Shown: positions 11,186-25,600 of the stretch, piece after piece
How positions within the stretch are numbered: position 1 is the first letter of the stretch
Layout of the letters: each line of letters starts with the position of its first letter
Source of the DNA: Perna viridis
Lineage: Eukaryota
Reading direction: 5' to 3'
Length of the DNA: 64,000 nucleotides
Assembly (NCBI GenBank): GCA_037379345.1
Contig: CM074517.1
Coordinates: 4,092,001-4,156,000 of the forward strand
Position numbers and translations under genes: made by a program
Notes under the pieces: generated by a model
Databases searched by the model: none
What the model saw: the letters and a program-made list of their open reading frames with translations, nothing else
What the model was told of the DNA's origin: nothing

Positions 11186-11617
11186 GATTACCGCGTCTTT
11201 AAAGCATTTACTCCGGGCACTAGCATTCTCTCTTTACCAAGGGCGCCACCTACACTCGTGAAAAGTTTAGGTTTCAAAAGAAATTAATGACACATTTTAG
11301 ACAAAATTAGTGAAAATTTAACTGGAACATCACCGAATTTAACCGAAAACAACCTCGAATTTAAATTGGATCAACCTCAAATTTAAATACGCTGTGTATC
11401 CTAATTTTATCGTACACATCGAATTTTATCGGGAATATCCGAATTTTAAATTGATAGCCTAATTTAATTATTTTATACTAATTTTAAGGGCACAAGTCCG
11501 ACTTTAACTCGGAACATCGAATTTAATAGGTAAATCCGAAATGTTAGGCATTTCTCTTTTAAATTCGGTAAAACGTGAGGAAATTCGGCATTTTTAATGA
11601 TCAATGGCGCGGTAATC
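11186..11617. mobile_element. MITE-like element
   Basis: 10-bp inverted termini GATTACCGCG/CGCGGTAATC and internal short ccgaattt(t)aa repeats. No clear TSD. Confidence 0.4.
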
Positions 11618-11659
11618 AAAAGAATGCATTCCACGGACAAAGACCAGACATGGAAAAAC

Positions 11660-12360
11660 ACATATACACAACAAAGAACATAAAGTAACTTAAATCATAC
11701 ATTCAAAGTAACAAAAGCAAATGAGCAACACGGACTCCACTAAAAACTGGGAGCATGGACCAGGTGCATCGGTAGGGTAAGCGTCCTCTGCTTTTCTAGA
11801 AACACCCGCCGCGTTGCTCATAAAAAAGTCAAGTCCGGGGTACACAAACGAAGAAAGGAGAAGTATAACCCGTTGAATAAATCAGTTTTCATGGTGCAGA
11901 TGGATACACCATAACGATCCACGAGTTCATGATGACGACCATAAAACTTCCGTAGTGATGACTTCAATCTTGTAGCAACATAACCCTGTTCCAGAAGCCT
12001 ATTTGTCAGAGTTCTAGCGCGATACAAAAAAGTCTGCGTAGTTTCGGCAAGCTCTGGCATAAAGTATGAGTTGTGATATGAACACTCCATATGCAGGTGC
12101 TGAAGGGATGTTGTCACATATGAAAGGAAAGTTGACAATTCTGAATGAAAAGTCATCACGTTTGTCGTAAAGTTTGGTCAATAGTTTTCCTTTACCATCG
12201 ATTTCTACAATGTATGTGTAGGTCAAGATATGATGCTGATCTGACAGTGTCTGCGGTATCCTTTATCTCAAGTTCTTTGGGGTAGATGCGATGTATCAAA
12301 CCCCGAAATTAGGATTGTTTAAAGATAATTCGTCATCTATATAGCGGAAACTGAGATTAC
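11660..12360 (-). mobile_element. Penelope-like retroelement, 3' RT fragment (frameshifted)
   Basis: Translates to YIDD...IYPKELEIKDT...KLYDKRDDFSFRIVNFPF..NIPSAPAYGVFISQL..YARAC..RLKSSLRKFYGRHHELVDRY, typical of the PLE RT C-terminus. Same family as 30150-30880. Confidence 0.75.
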
Positions 12361-12589
12361 TAGCCAAACGATATCATCCATATACCGTTTCATTCCCCTC
12401 TCCTAAATTTACCCTAATATCGAACGAAGCCTAAAACAACAAAGACTGTCGCAGTTGCTGTGTTTAAAGAGTAAGTAAAGTTCTTCAATAATTCAGATGT
12501 ATATTATAAGACCTGCCAGTACAACTTAAACCTAATTAATGAAGATCATTTCTTACTTTGTCAAATAAGAAGAGCTTTAAGTAAACCAT

Positions 12590-12621
12590 TAGTCCTATAA
12601 CATAAGTCTTCGTAGTTGCGC

Positions 12622-12657
<36 letters not shown>

Positions 12658-12750
12658 CAAAGTTTTTGGATGTTTATATGTTCATGTTGCACATATAAAC
12701 ATGAAAATAAAAAACGTCGCGCAACTATGAAGACTTATGTTATAGGATTA
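12590..12750. mobile_element. Short MITE with ~30-bp TIRs around a poly(T) tract
   Basis: TCCTATAACATAAGTCTTCGTAGTTGCGCG and its near-perfect reverse complement at ~12718-12747. Confidence 0.6.
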
Positions 12751-13670
12751 GGTCGTACGGAAACATTTTGACTGTTGAGGTCGTGTTAAAGCCAAATATG
12801 TGGTTTTATCCAATTATGGTACCCTGCAATTATTTTTAGGATTTATGCAGAAATCAGTGATATTGTTTGGTTTAGTTTACTCTACCTCTAAGTTTCGACT
12901 TGTTTACCATAAAGAAGCATTCCCAATTTGGTTTGAAATATGTAAAAACTTTCCATAGCATAAGCGTTAAAATCTTAATGGGAAATTGTTTGTTTCTGTT
13001 ATTATGAAAGCATTTTAGAAATCCAGATTATAAACAACACATTGTCTGTAATGCATTTTAATGCATTGTAATGTAATGGTTTTCATATTGTCAATATTAG
13101 AACTGCTATTCTTTAATATACATTTAGTAAGGTAATTATATAAAATCTTCGTATTTTTAAGTGCTACATTATTGTCTTTTACCATTTCTTTCCCCATGCC
13201 AAGAAATACCCGATGAAAATAATGTTGCACAATTCAAAATTGTTCCCAATTTAAAAAAAATAAACATATTTTCCAAACCAAAAACTTAAAGGGTGGAAAT
13301 AGCTTTGAAAAAAACTAACAAAATTAATGGAAATTGTATGCTATGCATGAAAATGCATTAAAGGTACAAGGGAGAGGAGAGTAAAAGATCCCTCCTCCTC
13401 CTCACCAACCATTCTATTCATACATGTATCTTAATCAATGGACTTTCAAGTATTGAAGCATTATTACTCTGTTAATAGGTTATTGTCTTCCATTTGTGGT
13501 GCATAATTCTAAGTCACAGAACATTGTTTACCTAGCTTTTTTGGTCAGAAATAAGAATTCCGAATAGTCTTGATAATGAAAGTAAGGGATCGTCTCAAAA
13601 TAAAAAAAACAGCAATGCTACATGCGACTAACCATAAAAGAAACTTTTAACATATGACGAGATATTGAAG

Positions 13671-15092
13671 CAGTGTTCTCCCAAGGCCCTTAAAGCGCTG
13701 CGCTTTACAGCACTATTGAGTTTGAGGGTTGTGCCACTGACTTCAGTACTGTGCTATCTTACTACATGCACTGTGCTATAAGGTTAAATATGAGGATTAA
13801 AAAAACAGGAAACGTGTGTGCCCTTAGGTCATTTAGGGGGTCCTACAAGGTAATTAGCTCTTGAGACTGATAGCAGTAAACACACTATGGTCTGTTGATC
13901 ACCGCATGACTGCACAGGTGTCTGAAACCAATAATGTTTATAACATTGCAGACAAAGATTCTTTATGAGGCATCCCACCTGGCCACAAATAAATTTTAAG
14001 GAAGACATCAATCAGATACTAATGTCCTACACTGAATCAATCAAAACTGACTATGGTCAAAGGTAACTCAGCCCTGGCCAAAAGCATGTGGCTATTTATA
14101 AATGCAAAGTCAAAGTTGAATGTTGAAGAATCACAAGATGTTTTCAATATTAAGGAGCTGATTTACCTTATAAAAGAATGTAATAAATTTATTCCATCAG
14201 ATACTTCCTAAATACTTTGACCGTCTTTTGTTTACATTGCCATGTTGTTGTGTATCAAGAGCATGTTTTGTCGGGAAAATTAGTTAAGAAATAAATTGTA
14301 AAATCCCCCAAGTCTAAAAATAGTACCACAGGTGTGATGAAAAAAAAATATGGACTTACATTTTTTGTAAATCATGATATGGGGTTTCTGTCATAAGTAA
14401 ACTTCAAATAAAGAACAAAACAAAACAAACTTTAAATAACAAGAATAAGATTTATGTTTTTTTCCTGGTAACTAGGATAGCTCCACACTACTGACTTCCT
14501 GAAAATTTTTGGCAGCATGAATTGCAAGACCAGAATAGTCCATCACATCTGATTAGATAATTCTAAATCTATAAATATATTGAAAGTTACAAAGACTAGA
14601 AAAATAGTTTAATAGAAAATGCTCTTAATCAAATGAATATCACATTCAAAATAGCCATTGAGCCCCAAATTAAATGAAAAATGGTAATTTCCAGTGGGTC
14701 TGCTGTCAGCAAAAATTTGCAAGCAAAACATCAATGAATAAACCCTGGGTGTGTGGGTGTGTATGAATTAGAGGAATTGGTTATGAAGAATTACTTATCA
14801 TAATTCATGGAATATCTTTTTAATATTAGTGTTCAATATAAAAAAGGAAAAATAAAAAATGGTATTAGATTTATAATAACTGCCATTGAAGAAAAAAGGT
14901 AAAATATTTACCTATGAATTATTCAAATAAACATGAACAGCAATGTACATGTACAAATGTACATTTTGAATGCACAGTTCAATTTTTAAATAGTACATTA
15001 AATACGAAATGGGGAGTTTCAACATGGGAACTATTAATGTCGCACCTCGCACACTGAATACAGCGCTATCCAAAATCCTGGGGAGAACACTC
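13671..15092. mobile_element. Non-autonomous hAT-like DNA transposon (~1.4 kb)
   Basis: Termini CAGTGTTCTCCCAAGG / CCTGGGGAGAACACTC, with TGAAG repeated on both flanks (partial TSD). No transposase ORF. Confidence 0.5.
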
Positions 15093-16600
15093 TGAAGAAA
15101 GGATTTTAATGTGTAAAGACAGATAATATTTACTGTTTGACAACCCTTCTTTTGATTTCAATTCTTACAATTGTATGCTAACAAGTTTTCCTGTAACATC
15201 ATGTTGATAAACATTCTGAAATACTCCCTCTACAACAACTTGAAATTATACAAAATATACAAAACCAATATACAATACACAGGTGTGAACACTTATTAAT
15301 TAAATGAATGATTGATTGATTGATTGTTGGGGTTTAACACCCGAGCAGCAATATTTCAGCTATATTCAGGCGATATTAATTAAATGAAAATGGCAAATTA
15401 ATTTAAATTGATTCAAGGCAGTGGAACATTGGCAAATTTTTTATTAGGAATGATGATAAATATTAAATTTATACACCTACAAGGTAAATCATGATCATGG
15501 CACATGCATCTATAAAGAGAGTGTAAAACTAATTTGCAGATGGAATTCTAAGAGTACTCTTTTATTGCTTTCCTTTCCTCCTGAATCTTGTTTCTGCTGT
15601 ACAGAATGCTGTAGTGAATGACTATAGTTTAGATGACCAAATCATTGATATTTCTGATATTTGGCCAATTTGTGGTAACCCAAAAAAACATGCAAGTAGC
15701 ACATAATCTCTGCATAAATTTAAAATCTATTCATGACCACTGAATTTAGTAGCTTAAAAGTCATAAAAAAAGAATTGATTTTTTTCCTGTTTACCCCTTG
15801 TTAATCTCTTGCAATTGCTCAGTAGGAGATCTTCCCCAATAGGATTTAAAACTACATGTATAGTAATGTTTTTTTTTAACTAGAAAATTTGAAGTACAGA
15901 TTTATGTCCTTGCAAGATTCTTCTATGGTGACCGTTGAAGGTGTGGTGTGAGTGAATCTATGACAGATGGAAGTCATGTGTCATATTGGAAACAGACACT
16001 TGATATCAATCAATCAGTTCATGAGGACTACTGTAGAACCTTTGAAAATTTTACTTTAATCTATGGGCAACATATCTTTGTCACAATAGTTTTTGCCTAA
16101 GTAACTGTGCTCTATTTAGAAAAATTGTGTAATTTGGGCACATTATGTAGAATATCATGCAAAACTTTCATGGGACTTGGTTATCTATCTCTCAAGTTGG
16201 TGCTTGAGTTCAGTGAAAATCAGTTAAGCATTAAGTTAACTGACTTTTTAGTAGAATTTGAGCATCAATGTACATTTGAATACTCTGGGTTTCTTCAATA
16301 AGTCCATTAGGAGTGTAATGTTAATAAATCTTTACTAAAGATTCAATTACAGTTCAAGACCAGTGAAAGGTCAAAGCTCTTTAAAAGACATATACAATGT
16401 AGTTCTGTGATGTTTTTTTCTTCAGTTATCATTTGAATATTACATGTCATGTACTTGTATTCTTCAAGAAGTTCATGTTTGAAACTACACATATATATAA
16501 ATGTACATGTAATAATCAAATATGTATTATTTATGACTGCATATTAGCTTTTTTCTAGTTAACAATTATTTTTGAAAGGAATTAGGAGGTGGTTGGTAAA

Positions 16601-19600
16601 ATGAAATCTAAAAAGAGGAGAACAACTGCTGAATCAGACAAGGCAGCAGAAATGGCTGATAGTACCAAGACCAACACTGTGGGTTCATGTCCAAACTCAA
16701 CTAACAATGGAAACAAGACTCATACAAGAGACACAAGTAGCAAGGACATTGATCATAATGATTATTTAAACATACTTTCATTGGAAATTCTATGCAACAT
16801 TCTGAACTGCCTTCATCTAAGGGATTTCCTTAAGCTTGATCATCTTAGTAGAAAGTTGCATGATGCAGTCAGCATGCATTTGCGAACCTTGAAGACTCTT
16901 GACTTCAGTAACAGGGATGTCATCAGTTGGATATGTGGTTTGTCTGATCAGTCCTTTATCCATCTGTGTAAGCGTTGCAATGATGCCCAGTATATATATG
17001 GATTCCATCCTACCATTACATCTAAAAGGAGGCATCGAGGGAAAAAAGGACTCAGTATTCCAGGTATAATAGATGCATTAACTATCCTTACTAAGCTAAA
17101 AGGTATAGAAGTGTCTGACACATTGATTCTTGAAACTATATTCAGTTATTTTCCAAATATTGAAGTAATGGGTACATTCCGTAACCGTAATGGTTGTTTT
17201 CCTGTAATTGAAGTAAACTCACTTCTGATCCCTGAGAATCCTCTCATCACATCAATGCATCTGTTTGGTATTGTTGTTCCTAGACTACCACCAATGGTAC
17301 TGCTAAAGGATCTTCAGCTTCATCATGTTCATTTCACCAATACCCACCCATTTACAGACTTTGCTGTGCCTAGTTTGAAGTGTTTTGTAATGGCTAACTG
17401 TGCAGGGCCTGCTGACTTTCTTAGATATGTCCCACTGATAGCAGGATTAGCTGCTGCTAGGAGCCTTAAACGACTGGAACTAATCCGAGTCCCATTTTTA
17501 GGTAAGGCTGGAGTAGTTAATAAGAAAAGAATGATCACTATTTTTTGTTCATTAATTACAACAGTATTAAGTAAATATTAAAATTTAAGGCCTGTATACC
17601 AACAATAGCAGTAGATGAATTACTTATAGATATCTATAATCTTTTAGGATCAAATAGAGACTTTGCAATCAGGTCATAAATTATGTCAACATCTTATCAA
17701 ATATTTTGGAGAAGACCCTTTAAATTTGTTTTAATTTGTTCTATTTGTGAAGCAAATAAGTAGATATTATGATAACACATGTATATGTAAACTTGTAACT
17801 ACAACATTTGTACCTATTTCATATAAAGACAAAATATTCATCACCCATATATTCCATGCACTAATTTACATCATTTATCTATGTTACAGGAGGGTTATTA
17901 CATCATGTTATTGGAGAGAGTCTGAGGGTCCAAAGATTCAAGAACCTCAAAACTTTAAAGTTTGGAGCCTGTAAACATGTGATTGTAATGGATGCTGGCT
18001 TCCTTGCCATAGCTTCAGCTGAAAAGTAGGCATTCAAAGTTTGAAGCACTTGTTGTTACAAATGAAAGGTTTTATACCTACAATGATAAAACAATAACAC
18101 ATTTTCATTGTATAAGAATATGAATTAAGTACATTGTAGCATTCTTTGTAAGAATCAGGCACTGGATGGCACATCATTATCAATTTGGTCTTTTTTGCCG
18201 CAACATATTTAATACATCTAAAAGCGACCAAAAAGTCATTTAAATTTATTTTGAAGCATCTGTGCATAGATATTATTTTGCTGCCTTTATCGTGTATATA
18301 GGAGAAAGTGCGGGAAAATTTTCCTTTAATCAAGTTAATTTGACCCATCTTAAAGTATCTTAAAAGGCAAACTTTACAAATACTTTGGTTATTTTTGGAT
18401 GTCGTCGTTGGGTTTTCTACAAAAGCTGACAAACTTTACCCTACTAGTGTACCAATTCTATGATACAAAGTTCAGGGTCAACTACATTACCGAGTAATGT
18501 TTCATTATCAATAATTTGTTACTTACTTGCAAAGTACATGAATAAGCTCATATTAATTTATTATACTTATTGGTTGTGTTTTAATTGTAGTTTAGAAGAG
18601 ATGTATATACAACCCTCTCTATCAAAAGACAGTCTCTTTGTTGCTCTAAAGATGTCTTTTGCTAGGTTTCCTGTCTTCAACAGATTGTGTTTAGGATATA
18701 CTGAGCCTTTCCAAGAATCTGGTATGGAATTCATGGTGTATGAAAATTTAATATTTGAAAACTTCAGTTCTTATTGTTTGGCACTTCTGATAAGGAATCC
18801 TTTATGCATGATTGTGTCATGACAAGGAAAATATTTTATGAAAATTTACGTATAGAACTGTTATTAAAAGGCAAAAAATAAGAAAGAAAAAACAGAAGTG
18901 GAAACCTTAATGTGGTAGTAATAATTGTTTTTTTGTTTTTTTTTTGTTTTCTTTTATTTTGCTTTGTTTGTTTTTCTAGGAAAGGAATTTTAGTTTACAA
19001 CAATTTGGGTTCTGCATTTGGTCGGCCACTACTTAACCATGAATGTTTTACATGATAAACTAATTTTATTGCAGGAAATTGGACTAACCAGGACCTCGCC
19101 ATCATGGGTTTAGCTTATATAGTGGAGACACCAGCACCTATCACAGACAATGGAATGAAATCTGTCGGTGAATGCTTCATGACATTAAAATTTCTGGAGA
19201 TATACAACTGTCCACATCTCTGCAGTCCAACTAGATGGCTAACACCAGGTAAGTACAAGGTTTTTGGGTAGCACTGGCTTGCACCAGGTGTGTACAAGGC
19301 TTTTAGGACAGTACTAACTGCCACCATGTAAATACAAGGCTACTGGGTGATGCCAGATTATATACAAGGGTTTTACGGCAGTACACTGACACCAGGTCCT
19401 ACCTCCACAAAACTTAAGTTTAGAATATATATAAATTCCATGTTAACCTCGTACATACAAGGCTTTATGGTAATACTGAATAACACTAACTACATACAAG
19501 GCTTCAGGGTAAAACTGAATAACACCAGGTACATACAAGGCTTCAGAGTAAAACTGAATAACACAAGGTACGTACAAGGCTTCAGGGTAATACTGAATAA

Positions 19601-22600
19601 CACCCGGTACGTACAAGGCTTCAGGGTAATACTGAATAACACCTGGTACATACAAGGCTTCAGGGTAAAACTGAATTACACCCGATACATACAAGGCTTC
19701 AGGGTAATACTGAATAACACCAGATGAACACAAGGCTTCAGGGTAATACTGAATAACACGAGGTACATACAAGGCTTTAGGGTAATACTGAATAACACCA
19801 GATGAATACAAGGCTTCAGGGTAGTTCTGAATAACACCGGATGAATACAAGGCTTCAGTGTAGTACTAAATAACACCAGATGAATACAAGGCTTCAGGGT
19901 AATACTGAATAACACCAGGTACATACAAGGCTTTATGGTAATACTGAATAACACCAGATGAATACAAGGCTTCAGGGTAGTACTAAATAATACCAGATGA
20001 ATACAAGACTTCAGGGTATTACTGAATAACACCAGGTACATACAAGGCTTCAGGGTTTTACTGAATAACACCAGATGAATACAAGGCTTAAGGGTAATTC
20101 TGAATAACACCAGGTACATACAAGGCTTCAGGGTAATACTGAATAACACCAGATGAATACAAGGCTTAAGGGTAATTCTGAATAACACCAGGTACATACA
20201 AGGTTGCAGGGTAGTACTGAATAACACCAGGTACATACATGGCTTTGGGGTAGTTCTAAATAACACCAGGTACATACAAGGCTTCAGGGTAGTTCGGAAA
20301 AATACCAGGTAAAAAAAGGCTTCAGGGTAGCTGTGAATAACACCAGGTAAATACAAGGATTTTGGGAAGCAGTGGCTGACATCATATAATGACAAGGATT
20401 TAGGGTATACTGTGTTGATAAGAGGTGTGTACAGGGCTTTAATGACAGATCTGACTTACACAAGGTTAGTACAAGGCTTTAGGGTAGCACTAGCTGACAA
20501 CAGGTAAGCACAAGGTTTTGAGATAATTCTTGACTGATTATATGGCTGGGAGATACATCTTTGTTAATAATGTTATATTTACAAGGAATGATTTAAATAG
20601 AAACAGAAGGAAGCTTTTGGATCAATGAAAGTGTTTGCTCTGTATTGTATACCATTAAGGTACATTTACTGAGACAAGAATTTCAGTTCTTTCATTTTTT
20701 TGTGTGTCCAAAGTTTAAACACATCTTTGTTAGATTTTTTACATGACTTATGAGAAAAAAACTAGTCTACAACACATATCATTACAGCTGCCAATGCATG
20801 GGATTCTCTACGAGAGCTGGTACTGAGGAAATGTCATGCCCTAAAACTGGATGATTTTTGTGATTTGATACCATCCCTACCATCTTTAGAGGCTGTACAT
20901 CTAGATCAGATGTTCAGAGAACCACCAAAAGGATGTTCTCGGTACTTGATAGGGGGTGTTTGGCATCGTAAAAGAAGGATTTTATTTTAAGAACTGCAAT
21001 TATAGGGATAAAATCAGTACTGGAATGTATTAGATTTTTCTTTGAAATAATCATTTACTGGAATGTTTTATATACTGGTATCCTCGTGCTGATATTTAGA
21101 ATCTACTACCAGTTAGAGTGCCAGACAGAAAAAAGTTAAAACCAGGATTTTACTACTAAAATTCCTTTTTTAAATGCATATTTATTACCAATACATTGTA
21201 TTGCCAAATTTTGCCTCTTTTGTTTGCTTCTTCAAATAATTTCCTGTATCCTATAGAATTTATATATTTATTAGCCTTTATTTTCATACAAGTTTTGTTT
21301 GAATTTCCTAGAAAAGAAAAGTTTTTCAGTGTTGTGTACTTCTTTGTACACTGTACAGAAACAATTATACAGTACACAAAACCAGTTAATTTACATCCAC
21401 AACTGTAATTTTCTCATACTTTTTTTTATTGCTAATTGATAGAATCAATTTGAAATGAAATGGATAAGTATTTAAAAGTGCACGTTTATTAATAATTTTA
21501 TTTTTACAGAGTTGGTATTAGTACTGGGTCAGGATTTGGGTTATCTTCATCTCTGATACCTGGTGATACACTGGGTGGTGGTATTGGCCAGAATAACCAA
21601 CCTGCTAACCAAAGTCATGATAGTGATTCCTCATCTAGTGACAGTGATGGTGAGGAACAACAGCATCCACCACAACAACCAATTGATCCTACTATATCAA
21701 ATCAAGGGAGACAACTGCCTCAAAGTGACCCTCTAACAAATCAGCTAAAGTCTAGAAACTCAGACCAACCATGTCAAAATTCTTCTGCAAATCCAGACAA
21801 TGTACAAAGTAATGATTCAGTCAGTCAAGTTACCTCACAGAGATGTGACACTACTGGCCAAGACACTTCACAAAGGACTGGTTCAGTCAGTAAAATTACA
21901 TCACAAAGATGTGACACAATTGGCCAAGGCACTTCACAAAGGACTGATTCAGCCAGTCAAGTTACCTCATGGAGGTGTGACACTATTGACCAAGGCACTT
22001 CACAAAGTATTGATTCAGTCAGTCAAGTTACCTCACAGAGATGTGACACAATTGACCAAGGCACTGTACAAAGGAATGATTCAGTGCAGCAAGTAACTAC
22101 ACAAAGTACTGACTCTGTCTGTCACAGCCATTCAATAGATACTGACCAAGTCAATCAAACAACTGAAGAGAAAATCCATGTGTCAGATACAATGGTTACA
22201 GAAAATATCAGTGCATGTGGCAATCAAGCTGGCCAAGCTGGTTCTCCTGTACAATTGCCTGATTTAATTAACTGTGAACCTTGTTTTAATGATTCTGCAA
22301 AGTCAGTGGATGTTAGGATTGAAGATAACTCAATTAAAAACTGTGATGACAGTGAGCAGTGGATTGATCCTATTTCAGAAAATGACTATTCGTTGTCAAA
22401 CACTCCTCATTCCATCTTGGAAAGTAGGAATGAAGTAGAATGCTCAGGTTCTGCATTGGAGAATAGTTCGAATGAAAGGTCCTCATCTAATTCTGTTGTT
22501 AATTCTGAAAGGGGTAAAAACCTACTAATATTTCCCTCTATATCTTCCGATAAAGACTACAGCAACACCCCATCAAGTGGTGAATGTAGTTGTATTAAAC

Positions 22601-25600
22601 AAAGAAGATTTACTGATGATTCTAGTGGTTGTTCATCAGGTTCCTCTTATTCTTATACCAATCAACATAATTGTACATGCAATAGAACACATAGTGTTGA
22701 TCCGTCTAGTACCTGTGGTAGACAAAATTCTGCATGTTGTGAAATTTTGCTTACAACTTCTGACAAATCTAAGTGTAAAAATTGTGATTCTCTTCATCTA
22801 AATGAGCCAGAAGACATTAATGATCAAATTAGTGATTTCGGAAATAATAGTTCAAAAAGTTCTTTGAACATGTCAAATTCAAAGAAAACAAAAGAATCAA
22901 GTATGCTTCAAGAGAACTGCAGATTGAAATCTTCTTTAAAAAATAAGAATAGTGAAGCATTACCTGAAAATTTTGTAGCAGAAAGTAAAACTATAAGATT
23001 TGATGAAGAGAATCAGTGTGATCATTTGAATGCACAAGTAAATTTGGAGCCAGTTATAGGGGAGGGTGCTAGAGATTGTGGTTCAGTTACCACTGCTTCT
23101 GACTCTGTGGTAGCTGAAACCTCAGCAGCACCTGATAGCAGAAGGGAATGGGTAGGGAAAAGTTTGTATGGGAAGAAAAAAGGGTTAGTTAGGAAAAATT
23201 CTAATTCCAAAGGAGGAAATGAAATGGATGGCCACACATATGATGAGAAGAAGGATTTAAGTTTTAATTATAGTAATGTAGATAAAGTAGATAGAAAAAA
23301 AGAGGCTGAAATGATAAATGGGAAATCTGTGAGTGAATCACCTGGGACTTATGATCAAGACGATTCGTCAGACAAAATTGTTGATTTCTCTGTTGACCAT
23401 TGTGCTAAAGAAAGTTCAACAAAGGAGAATGTAATAACAATAACCAAAATGGATGAAGAAACAGGCAAAGAAATAATATTATTCAGTGGAAAAATACCAC
23501 TTAGTAACATGCCATCTAACCAAGAGTCAGATGTTGAATCAGACTGTTGTCGTATCACAAGGTCTAGGGCTCAGAAAATGGCTGCAGGAAACAAAAGAAG
23601 ACAAAATAGGTCACCTGTTGTCAAGAAGAGGAAACTTAGAAAAACAAAGAAGACATTGGATTTAGTTGTAATGGCAGATAAATGGTGTCAAGTTGATGCT
23701 TCTGGTTTACGACACCACAAAGGGGACCAGGAGAAATGTAAATGTAAGAATGAAACCCTTATCCACTCTGTTAGATTTTCATCTGATGTACAATATCAAG
23801 TTTTATCCTATGATTTTAATATAACATAGTCCTTTGGAAATGCTGAACTTGGTGGTTTCCAAGGTTTTTAGTCTAAAATCAATTATTCCTGAAAAGTTTT
23901 GTGCACATCTCTAAGGTCAGCATCACCTGATGGTTTTTGTCTAACATACATGTACATTACTCAGTCTATGGGCGAATCTGAATTTTTTAGGCATGAATCA
24001 AAAGTTTATTTCAAATGATATTTTTTCATTGTTGGGATGTTTATTTGTGTGTCGCCCTAAATAATTTAACAGCATATCCTTTCCTAAATTGTTTGAAGTT
24101 TAGCAATTTATTTTTTATGGTATTGACTTTTATAGCTTCCATGGATTTTAATTACTTTTACAAGTATCATTATGATTTTGTTATAGTTACAGTAAATAAA
24201 CAAGAGAAGATTAAGAAATTTTGAATTATGATTAAACATGTTTACTAACATGTTAAATCAGTTTTAAAAAAAAATTATCAAATGTTTTAGAATTATTTTG
24301 CAATACATAAGTTGGTAAATTGATTTATTTTCAGGTGGTACCAGTGGTTATTTAAAGGTGATGACACAGAATAAAAAGCGTCCTGTAATGTTGTCAAAAG
24401 GTACCAGTACAAGTGACCCAGTCATGGAGGAGGACTATACACAGGTCTGTAAATCACATATGAATTTCTGACGTATCTAAAGAACTATTTAGCTTGTCAG
24501 CTTTAGGGAATTGCTTTAGTTGTTGTAATAATGTAATAAATGTACATTAATTGAAGATAAGAGAAAATGTACATTACACAACAACCATAGTAGTACAATT
24601 CATATGCTACAATAACTGGTCTTCATCCTGAGTTTTACATTGAGTTGGAATCAATTAATTTTTATTCTTTCCTTCAACTCTATATTGCATAGTTATTTTA
24701 ATCAAATACTGTTTATATTGAAACAGGTATTAAAACTGAAATCCAGATCTCTACAGTGTATAACCCTCAACATGGTAGGAGTAACAGATATTCAAATAGG
24801 TCAATGTCCACAACTTTCTAAACTTACAGGTATGATCATTATTTTAATATAACTTAAATTTTTAAGAAAATATTATGTTTAATACTGTATGCTTTAAAAA
24901 TTTTTTCATTTATTCTTTTGTATTCTGCTCCCATATCAGTTTCCTGTGCAGATGATGTAATCACTATTTCAAAGCTTTACACCTCCATCATACTCATTGC
25001 TGAACTCCAATCCTTCATGCATATTAGTACAGTTAACTAGTAACTGTGCAGATTTGTAATGAGTAGTGTTGGTGTCTTGTGAATACGGTACACCAGTAAC
25101 TTTGCAGATTTGAAATGAGTGGTGTTCGTGCCCTGTTAAATAGGGGACACCAGTAACTTTGCAGATTTGTAATGAGTAGTATTTGTGCCCTGTGAATATG
25201 GTACACTAGTAACTTTGCAGATTTGTAATGAGTAGTATTTGAGCCCTGTGAATACAGTTCACTAGTAAATTTGCAGATTTGTAATGTGTACTGTTCCTGC
25301 CCAGTGAATACGGTACACCAGTAACTTTGCAGATTTGTAATGAGTAGTGTTTGAGCCCTGTGAATACAGTTCACTAGTAACTTTGCAGATTTGTAATGAG
25401 TAATGTTCGTGCCTCATGAATACGGTTCACTAGTAACTTTGCAGATTTGTAATGAGTAGTGTTCATGCCTTGTGAATACAGTTCACTAGTAACTTTAGAG
25501 ATTTGTAGTGAGTAGTGTTCATGCCTTGTGAATACGGTTCACTATTAACTTTGCAGATTTGTAGTGAGTAGTGTTCCTGCCTTGTGAATTTGTTCACATC

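Noticed and set aside
12380-12476. Possible non-coding first exon of FBXO38 (donor GTAAGT at 12471)
   Set aside because: The only support is a donor-like motif, which cannot be confirmed without transcripts.
19347-20395. Periodic ORFs of 126-239 aa on both strands; CRISPR-like look
   Set aside because: These come from a 39-bp tandem repeat with no unique spacers, in a eukaryotic intron.
22084-23829. 581-aa ORF as a separate gene
   Set aside because: It is the downstream part of FBXO38 exon 6, which is open from 21510.
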